In this document: in pieces, positions 57,091 through 64,000 of the stretch
Layout: the number at the start of each line of letters is the position of its first letter
Position numbering within the stretch: position 1 is the stretch's first letter
Assembly: GCA_028716665.1 (NCBI GenBank)
Contig: JAQUPP010000001.1
Location: forward strand, 128,467-192,466
Direction of reading: 5' to 3'
Source: Patescibacteria group bacterium
GTDB lineage: Bacteria > Patescibacteriota > Patescibacteriia > UBA2591 > JAQUPP01
Length of the DNA stretch: 64,000 nucleotides
Notes under the pieces: generated by a model
What the model was told of the DNA's origin: nothing
What the model saw: the letters and a program-made list of their open reading frames with translations, nothing else
The model's database searches: none
Made by a program: the position numbers and the translations under genes

Positions 57091-57651
57091 ATGAAAAAAG
57101 TTATATTAATTATTGTTATTTTAGTTTTAATCGGCGGCACGGTTTGGTTTTTGATGTCAAAAAAAAGCCAACCAATTTTGGAAAATAAAAATATTATAAA
57201 TCAATTGGTTGATCAAGAAAACACGGTTAACCAAAATCAGGTTGAAACAGAAACATTGGTTCCAACTGCGGAAGATTTATTAAAAATAGATTTAACAAAT
57301 CAGGCACGGTCTTTTATTGAACGTTATGGGAGTTACTCTACGGACAGTAATTATGAAAATTTGCAAGAATTATTGCCGAAAATGGCTCAGCCGCTTAGAA
57401 CAGAAACAGAATCAAGAATTCAAAAAGGAGTGAAAAAAGACATGGCTGTTAATGATTTTTTCGGGCTGACTACTAAAATAATTTCCATCAATTTGGATAA
57501 ATTCGTCCCGGATTCGCAAGCGATTTTTACCGCGGAAATTCAAGAGCAAGCCGCGCGCTTAGGTCAAACAGATATTTTATATAAAACAGTAAAATTGACT
57601 TTTATAAAATCAGCCGATGAATGGAAAGTGGGAGAGATAGAGATTCATTAA
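57091..57651 (+). CDS. Single-TM protein, VirB8/NTF2-like fold candidate
   Basis: N-terminal anchor, ARSFIERYGSYS, C-terminal L.F.K..DEWKV strand. Confidence 0.6.
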   Translation: MKKVILIIVILVLIGGTVWFLMSKKSQPILENKNIINQLVDQENTVNQNQVETETLVPTAEDLLKIDLTNQARSFIERYGSYSTDSNYENLQELLPKMAQPLRTETESRIQKGVKKDMAVNDFFGLTTKIISINLDKFVPDSQAIFTAEIQEQAARLGQTDILYKTVKLTFIKSADEWKVGEIEIH

Positions 57652-57742
57652 TAAATCAAAAATTAAAAATCAAAATGAAAAATGACAATGATAAAAATTT
57701 AAAATTAAAAATAAGAAATATTTTTGACATTTTAAATTATAG
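57650..57742. mobile_element. Second deletion derivative of the four-helix-bundle element
   Basis: Left arm AAAAATCAAAATGAAAAATGACAATG joined to TAAGAAATATTTTTGACATTTTAAATTATA, matching the gene end TAAGAAATAATTTTGACATTTTGAATTGTA. Confidence 0.7.
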
Positions 57743-57748
57743 TAATTT

Positions 57749-58204
57749 ATGGTTAGTGATATTGAAGAACAAGAAACAGAACAATCAATCGCCGTGAGAT
57801 TAAAAGCGGAAAGAGCCGAGGATGTGGTGAAATCAGATGATTCGGGAACGTCTTTCACCGGGAAAACCAAAGAATTGAAAGATGCGGCTCAGCGCCTTAA
57901 AACTGTTTATCGGATAATTAACGGAGCTTCGGCGATAACCGTAGTTGGTTTGATTGTCACCTTTCTATTGATGAATGCTCAATTGATTTTCGGTAATTTA
58001 TTAAAAGTCAAATTTGTGCCGGCTTTGGAAATATGGGAAATTATTATTTTGGGTATTATTGATGTCATTATTTTAACTGTCTTATTTTGTTTAATAGTGC
58101 TTTCAACCATCAGCGTAGTGGCCATCACTGATCCCGGGGAACTTTTTAAACTGCTATGGAGTAGTGGTTTGCAAATAATTAAAAACGCATTTTCACCATC
58201 GTAA
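57749..58204 (+). CDS. Hypothetical membrane protein
   Basis: Charged N-terminus and 2-3 TM helices, within the operon. Confidence 0.75.
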   Translation: MVSDIEEQETEQSIAVRLKAERAEDVVKSDDSGTSFTGKTKELKDAAQRLKTVYRIINGASAITVVGLIVTFLLMNAQLIFGNLLKVKFVPALEIWEIIILGIIDVIILTVLFCLIVLSTISVVAITDPGELFKLLWSSGLQIIKNAFSPS

Positions 58205-58221
58205 AAAATAATTTTATTTAA

Positions 58222-59493
58222 ATGACAATTAAAAATAAAAAAACTTATTTACTTATTTACTTATCAGCTTATTTGCTTATCAGTTTATTCGCGGCTGATT
58301 TTGCTTTGGCTCAGATTAAATTTCAACCTCAAGTAAGTCTTCCCGGCTTTATGAATGTCGGCGACATAAAAAATATTAGCGGCACGACTTTGGGTGAATT
58401 TATTATTGCTTTTTATAAATGGTCTATTGGCACAATCGCTTTTTTGGCTGTGGTGATGATTATGATTGCCGGTTTTCGCTGGATGACTGCGGCTGGCAGC
58501 GCGCCTCAAATTACACAAGCCAAAGATCGGATTAATTCCGCTTTGATCGGTTTGATTTTGGCCATTGGCGCTTACAGTTTATTGAGTTTTCTGAATCCCG
58601 CTTTAGTCAGATTCAAAAATTTGAATATTACAAATATTAATAATATAGAATTGGGGATAACTTGGTGCAGGGATATTTATAATAATAGTTTAATGAATCA
58701 TTTACCTGAAGAAAATGTGGTTGAATACGGTCAAGTTAATATTGATAAAACTATTAATGGAAAAACTCAATTAATTGGACAAGTTTTGGACAAACCATGT
58801 GCTCAAAGATTCCAGGTTGTTCAAGAAGAAAATGGTGTTTGGAAAGCGGCCGGTAATTCTTGTTGGACAGATTTTTGCGAAGGGGATAACAGTTGCTATA
58901 GACAGTCATCGGATAATAGTTTTATTTGCACAGATCCTATAAAATTATGTGAAGGAAAGCCGAGTACCAGTGATGCGACTTGCGCGCTTTATTTGAAAGA
59001 CGTAGGATGGGGCACTTTATATGACAAAAGTCGGCATGTTTGCGCTTATGAACCAAAGGGTTTAAATAATTGTATTCTCGATACTTTATTCAACTGTCCA
59101 AATCCCAAAGAGGGTGATAAAAAATATGAGCGGGTCAATTGCTCTGCTTCTAAAGACGCAGCAAACAATAGCGCGTGTTGGCTAAAAGGCGATGAAAAAC
59201 CTCAAGTTACTGAAGGCAAAAGATGCGCCGATGTCGATAAAACCCCTCAACCAACCTGGAGTAAAGATGGAATTTGTTGTCATGAAGTAGGAACGCTTTT
59301 TAACGACTCAAAAAATTATGTAATGTGTTACACTATTCAACCCAAGCAACTCAGATGTGAAAAATATTCATGGGACGCGCTGCCAGGGAAAAAAAGGGAA
59401 ATTATATTCTCAAGTTCTTGCGCAGAGGGTGAACAACCAGGGGTTAATATAAGCGGCGATTGTAACACAGCTTGGACTTGGTTTCGTCCTTAA
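58222..59493 (+). CDS. VirB2/TrbC-like pilin domain + Cys-rich extension
   Basis: FYKW.IG..A.LAVVMIM.AG..WM.A.G.......AK.RI..AL.GL.L.......L.F.NP, followed by a Cys-rich region. Confidence 0.8.
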   Translation: MTIKNKKTYLLIYLSAYLLISLFAADFALAQIKFQPQVSLPGFMNVGDIKNISGTTLGEFIIAFYKWSIGTIAFLAVVMIMIAGFRWMTAAGSAPQITQAKDRINSALIGLILAIGAYSLLSFLNPALVRFKNLNITNINNIELGITWCRDIYNNSLMNHLPEENVVEYGQVNIDKTINGKTQLIGQVLDKPCAQRFQVVQEENGVWKAAGNSCWTDFCEGDNSCYRQSSDNSFICTDPIKLCEGKPSTSDATCALYLKDVGWGTLYDKSRHVCAYEPKGLNNCILDTLFNCPNPKEGDKKYERVNCSASKDAANNSACWLKGDEKPQVTEGKRCADVDKTPQPTWSKDGICCHEVGTLFNDSKNYVMCYTIQPKQLRCEKYSWDALPGKKREIIFSSSCAEGEQPGVNISGDCNTAWTWFRP

Positions 59494-59527
59494 AGAGTAA
59501 AGTTAATTTTTGAAATTTTTTGTTAAT

Positions 59528-60808
59528 ATGAATAAAAAAGCCTTAATTATATTTTTAGTGGCAGTGATAATTTTAGCCGGATTGGTTTGGTTTGTCTTTT
59601 TTCGTCAAAAACCGGTTGTTGTTCAGCCAACTCCTGAGCAACCGATTACGGAGCAGCCGGCTCGATTGCCGGTAACTAGAAGTCAGTGGGAAGGGATGAC
59701 CATTGAAGAACGGGGACGCTTAGGTCTGCCTATTTCGGAATGGCCGGCAGAAGAAACAATAACTCCCGAAACTCCCGTGGCGCCGGAAAAAATAACTCCG
59801 GAAATTGATGAAGTGGCTTCCGGCAGCAGAACATGGATTAATACTATTTCTGATGACCAGGTTCAAAATGCAACTTTAGCCGGTGACGGACAGAGTAATA
59901 TTTATTACGATAAAACAGGCGGGCATTTTTATAAAATAGATAATTTGGGCAATAAAGAATTATTGACTGATCAAGTTTTTTATAATGTGGATAATATCAA
60001 TTGGGCCCCGACCAAAGACAGAGCGATTTTGGAATACCCGGACGGATTTAAAGTGATGTATGATTTTGATCAAAAAAAACAATATACTTTGCCAAAAAAT
60101 TGGGAAAATTTTTCTTGGGATTCGTCAGGTTCTCATTTTGCGTTTGAATCAACCAGTCAATATCCGGAAAATAATTGGTTGGCTACCAGTCGGGCCGACG
60201 GCAGTGAAGCAAAACCGATTGAACATATCGGAAACAATGCTGACAAAGTAACGGTTTCTTGGTCGCCGAATAATCAAGTTGTCGCTTTCTCGGCTACCGG
60301 AGATCCGCGAGGCGCTTGGGAACAGGAAATATTATTAATCGGCCAAAATGGCGAAAATTTTAAATCTTTGGTTATTGACGGCCGCGGTTTTGAATCGAAA
60401 TGGTCTCCAGTCGGCGACAAAATTGTTTACAGTGTTTACAGTTCTGATTCAAACTATCAACCCAAACTTTATATAGTGGATGCTCAAGGAGATGCAATCG
60501 GTAGCGGTAAAATAGATTTAAATTTGGCTACATGGGCCAATAAATGTTCATTTAATAATAATGGCAATACTCTTTATTGCGCTGTTCCTAAAAGTTTACC
60601 TGAAGGATCAGGATTAATACCTGATTTAGCCGCTAATACTCGTGATGATTTTTATAAGATAGATGTGGCCACCGGTCAAATTTCATTCTTGGCTGAAGGA
60701 GCAATGGGCGGATATAATGTAGGTGATATTTATTTATCAAGTGATGACAGTATGCTGTATTTTATTGACAAAGACACCAGTCATTTAAGATCAATCAGGC
60801 TAAAATAA
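59528..60808 (+). CDS. Membrane-anchored TolB-like beta-propeller protein
   Basis: N-terminal TM, Pro/Glu linker, WAP/WDS/WSP blade repeats, LYCAVP. ATG 59528. Confidence 0.8.
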   Translation: MNKKALIIFLVAVIILAGLVWFVFFRQKPVVVQPTPEQPITEQPARLPVTRSQWEGMTIEERGRLGLPISEWPAEETITPETPVAPEKITPEIDEVASGSRTWINTISDDQVQNATLAGDGQSNIYYDKTGGHFYKIDNLGNKELLTDQVFYNVDNINWAPTKDRAILEYPDGFKVMYDFDQKKQYTLPKNWENFSWDSSGSHFAFESTSQYPENNWLATSRADGSEAKPIEHIGNNADKVTVSWSPNNQVVAFSATGDPRGAWEQEILLIGQNGENFKSLVIDGRGFESKWSPVGDKIVYSVYSSDSNYQPKLYIVDAQGDAIGSGKIDLNLATWANKCSFNNNGNTLYCAVPKSLPEGSGLIPDLAANTRDDFYKIDVATGQISFLAEGAMGGYNVGDIYLSSDDSMLYFIDKDTSHLRSIRLK

Positions 60809-60847
60809 GTAAATAGGCAAATAAGCTAACTAAGTAAATAAGTTGAA

Positions 60848-62032
60848 ATGAAAATTCAAAATTCCAAATTCAAAATTCCAAATTCTTTACTTATAATCGC
60901 CTTAATGGCGTTTTTTTGGTTTTGGGCCGGTCAGCAAGTTTCGGCTGCCTGTATCCCGCTTGGCGGAACAGATCAGCGCCCGGAAGGTTGTAATGGCAAT
61001 CCTTGTTGTCCCGGTTCTAATTGCCAAGCCACGCCACTTTTTGGAGATTCTCAAGGTTCGAACACAATGTTTCAAATTAATTGTTGGAATATTAGTGAAG
61101 GCGTAATGCCTATTACCGGTATAGAAACTGACACTCAAGAATCAAAATCAATAATTGCTCCGCAATTGCAAGTTCAAATTCCAGGTTTTCAAGGATTTAC
61201 CACTGATGAAAGTAAAATCGTGACTGAGCAAAATGGCAAAAAAAGTTATTCCTTTCCATGGATTGGCGAATATCTTATAGCTCTTTATAAATGGGCGATC
61301 AGATTAATCGCCGCTTTGGCCGTGGTGATGATTATGTGGGCCGGGGTGGAATGGATGATTGCCGGAGGCAATAGCAGTCGGATTTCCGATGCCAAAGGAA
61401 GAATCACTGGTGCTTTATTCGGGCTGGTTTTATTATTAGGCATTAATACTTTTTTAAATTTTATAAATCCGCAGTTAACTTTTTTCAAGCCGATTCATCT
61501 GGGAGAAATTGCAAAAATTGAGCTTGATGCAGAAGAAATAGATTATCCGATTGTTTTGGAAGGACAGACAGACTCGGATTGGTGGAGATTTAACCCGGGA
61601 ATTACCAAACAAATACCTGATATGTCGCCCCAATTAGCCAGTTTTACAGATTGTCTTGGTAAAAAAATCGTTGGTTCGGATAATAAACCAAAAGCGGTAA
61701 TTACCAGTATTTCCGATGATGCAGGCGTGGAAAGATGTAGAAATGCCTGGCAAAAAAAGGATTGTCGAGAAGAAAATGATCCTAATTGTTATTCTTGTCA
61801 TCATACTAAAAATTCTTGTCATTATGGAGGCAAGGAGTGTCCAGCTCAATCTTATGCCATAGATATTGGTATAACCACCAGTCCTTCGCCAACGGAAATA
61901 ATCAACGCGATTAAAGAGTGTAACCCGAACGCTTATATTTGTTATACTCCTTATAATAACTGCCCGGGTCATACAAATCATATTCATACCAGTATTGGTT
62001 GGGACTCCGGTTGTAAATGCGATAAAAAATAA
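60848..62032 (+). CDS. VirB2/TrbC-like pilin domain + C-terminal M15-like Zn peptidase candidate
   Basis: Pilin motif as in 58222; C-terminal ITS...SCHYGG...YAID...HTNHIH. Confidence 0.75.
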   Translation: MKIQNSKFKIPNSLLIIALMAFFWFWAGQQVSAACIPLGGTDQRPEGCNGNPCCPGSNCQATPLFGDSQGSNTMFQINCWNISEGVMPITGIETDTQESKSIIAPQLQVQIPGFQGFTTDESKIVTEQNGKKSYSFPWIGEYLIALYKWAIRLIAALAVVMIMWAGVEWMIAGGNSSRISDAKGRITGALFGLVLLLGINTFLNFINPQLTFFKPIHLGEIAKIELDAEEIDYPIVLEGQTDSDWWRFNPGITKQIPDMSPQLASFTDCLGKKIVGSDNKPKAVITSISDDAGVERCRNAWQKKDCREENDPNCYSCHHTKNSCHYGGKECPAQSYAIDIGITTSPSPTEIINAIKECNPNAYICYTPYNNCPGHTNHIHTSIGWDSGCKCDKK

Positions 62033-62040
62033 ATCAATTT

Positions 62041-63429
62041 ATGCCTCAAAATAAAACAATATATGCCTGTTCAAAATGCGGATCTCAATTTCCAAAATGG
62101 TTGGGACAATGTTCGGAATGCGGCGCATGGGGAACAATTTCTGAAACTGTTCAAAATAATTCTCCGCGCAAAAATTTTACAACAACAAAAGCCGGTGAAG
62201 TTATTGAATTCAGCGCCATTAAAAGCCAAAATTTTTCAAGATTTAAAACAGGCATTGAAGAATTGGACAGAGTTTTGGGAGGTGGATTGGTTCCGGGTTC
62301 GCTGATTCTTTTGGGCGGCGCGCCGGGCGTTGGAAAGAGCACTTTAGTATTACAAATAGTAAGGCAAATTTCTAATCTGCCAGTTAATGAACCAAATTCC
62401 AAATTCCAAATTCCAAATTCTGTATTATATATCAGTGGCGAAGAATCAGCCGAGCAAGTAAAATTGCGATTGGAAAGAATCGGCGTTTCGGAAAATAATT
62501 TAAAATTTTTCGGCGATACGGATGTTGATGTCATTTGCGCCACAATTGAAAAACATAAGCCTAAAATAGCGGTGGTTGACTCAATCCAGACGGTCTCTTC
62601 TTCCGGGGTTGATTCGGAAGCGGGCAGCGTTAATCAAATTCGCGCTTCAACCGCCAAATTAATGGAAGTCGGCAAGAAAACACAAACAACAATTTTTATT
62701 GTCGGTCATATTACCAAACAAGGCTCAGTGGCCGGTCCTAAAACTTTGGAGCATTTGGTTGATGTTGTCTTATATCTTGAAGGCGATTCGCATCATCATT
62801 TTCGTTTTTTAAGATCTTATAAAAATCGTTTCGGTTCAACTAATGAAGTCGGAGTTTTTGAAATGAAAAAACAAGGATTGGTGGAAATAAAAAATCCTTC
62901 CGAAGTTTTTTTGGCCAATCGGAATTCTCAAGTCATCAGCGGCTCGGTAATCGCGGCCATTATGGAAGGCGTTCGTCCTTTTTTGATAGAAGTTCAGGCA
63001 CTTGTTTCAAGAACTAATTTTGGCTATCCGCAAAGAAAAAGCACGGGTTTTGACTTTAACCGTTTACAGCTTTTGGTCGCGGTTTTAACCAAACGATGCG
63101 GCCTTAAATTGGAAAATCAGGATATTCATATCAATATTGTCGGCGGATTGGAAATTTCCGAACCGGCGGCAGATTTGGCCGTGGCTATGGCCATTGCTTC
63201 CGCTTTTTACAACAAACCGATTGACGCTAAAACTTTATTTTTCGGCGAAGTCGGTCTGGCCGGCGAATTGAGAAATGTTTCTTGGCCGGAAAAAAGAATT
63301 AAAGAAGCGGAAAAATTGGGTTTTGAAAAAATTGTGATGTCTAAAGAAAAATTTTTGGATTTTCAGCCGAAAATAAAAATTATTCAGGAAGAAAATTTGA
63401 GCCAGGCGATAAAAACAGTATTGGGATAG
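62041..63429 (+). CDS. radA: DNA repair protein RadA/Sms
   Basis: CSKC...CSEC, ELDRVLGGG, GAPGVGKSTL, GEES, DSIQT, KNRFG, GEVGLAGE. Confidence 0.97.
   Translation: MPQNKTIYACSKCGSQFPKWLGQCSECGAWGTISETVQNNSPRKNFTTTKAGEVIEFSAIKSQNFSRFKTGIEELDRVLGGGLVPGSLILLGGAPGVGKSTLVLQIVRQISNLPVNEPNSKFQIPNSVLYISGEESAEQVKLRLERIGVSENNLKFFGDTDVDVICATIEKHKPKIAVVDSIQTVSSSGVDSEAGSVNQIRASTAKLMEVGKKTQTTIFIVGHITKQGSVAGPKTLEHLVDVVLYLEGDSHHHFRFLRSYKNRFGSTNEVGVFEMKKQGLVEIKNPSEVFLANRNSQVISGSVIAAIMEGVRPFLIEVQALVSRTNFGYPQRKSTGFDFNRLQLLVAVLTKRCGLKLENQDIHINIVGGLEISEPAADLAVAMAIASAFYNKPIDAKTLFFGEVGLAGELRNVSWPEKRIKEAEKLGFEKIVMSKEKFLDFQPKIKIIQEENLSQAIKTVLG
62394..62421 (+). repeat. In-frame AAATTCC heptamer array in radA
   Basis: AAATTCC x3 + AAATTCT, encoding PNSKFQIPNS. 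Confidence 0.85.
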
Positions 63430-63553
63430 AAAAATTCAATAATTTATCAATAAAAAATAGCCTTGACAAAAGGGCTATTTTTTGATAGTATAATTGTATG
63501 GTTAAGATGAATATAATAAAGGTTAAAAATTTAATTAATTAAATTAAAAAAAT

Positions 63554-64000
63554 ATGTCTACCGAAACAGGTGGTTATGTGCCACCAAAAGAAAATATAGA
63601 AGATACTACTGAAGTAACAGGCCAAGAAGCTGCAGAAAAAATAAAGGAAGTTGTTGAAAAAACCGAAAAAGACAAGGAGATTGAAGAATTGATTGCTAAT
63701 GCCCAAAACATTGAAGATTTAATTAATAATGTTTTACCTAAAATCGACGCAATGGAGGGTCTTGAACCGACCCCAGCCGACGAACTTAAGATAATTATTG
63801 ATGATATAAGGAAAACAGGCGATTTTACTTCTATGCCAAGCGATCATGGTCTACGTGAAAAAGTTTTTAAATTATTATCACCAGAACTTCCTGAAAAAGG
63901 GGGAGGAAAATCTTTTCTTGATAGAGAATTACTTTATAAAATAAAATTGAATCAAAGCGAACTTCCAGAGGGCGAAAAGGGAGATCTCACTAAAACATTG
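63554..64000 (+). CDS. Hypothetical acidic protein, 3'-truncated by the window edge
   Basis: MSTETGGYVPPKENIE..., open to the window end. TTGACA at 63463 and TATAAT upstream. Confidence 0.75.
   Translation, partial: MSTETGGYVPPKENIEDTTEVTGQEAAEKIKEVVEKTEKDKEIEELIANAQNIEDLINNVLPKIDAMEGLEPTPADELKIIIDDIRKTGDFTSMPSDHGLREKVFKLLSPELPEKGGGKSFLDRELLYKIKLNQSELPEGEKGDLTKTL

Overview
AT-rich chromosomal segment, translation table 11, of a Patescibacteria/CPR bacterium, most likely Parcubacteria/ABY1-like. This is inferred from gene content, TrmB regulators, the VirB2-pilin/PrgI/VirB4 locus and SD-less core genes. The left part (1-27.7 kb) mixes core genes (pilT, efp, rpsR-ssb-rpsF, ppdK, three tRNAs) with small accessory cassettes that carry their own promoter, Shine-Dalgarno and terminator. 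It also holds two perfect parS sites and a Thermococcales-like HypA + Mrp/MinD-type HypB pair. The right part is almost entirely + strand: bactofilin, deoC, comM, a speD-speE fusion, speE, leuS, ksgA, a ~23 kb T4SS-like surface locus with no relaxase in the window, and radA. That locus includes a 2740-aa Cys-rich protein, a polyproline VirB6-like protein, PrgI, VirB4 and two VirB2-like pilins with Cys-rich cargo, one with an M15-like Zn-peptidase motif. The most unusual signal is a layer of small selfish-looking DNA. A four-helix-bundle (IVP/Avd-like) gene is bracketed by imperfect inverted repeats, and two gene-less derivatives of the same element lie in the same operon. There are also many 7-8-nt periodic repeat arrays arranged as inverted arms, and palindromic or heptamer elements inserted in frame inside housekeeping proteins. 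All calls are by eye from motifs; no database searches were run.
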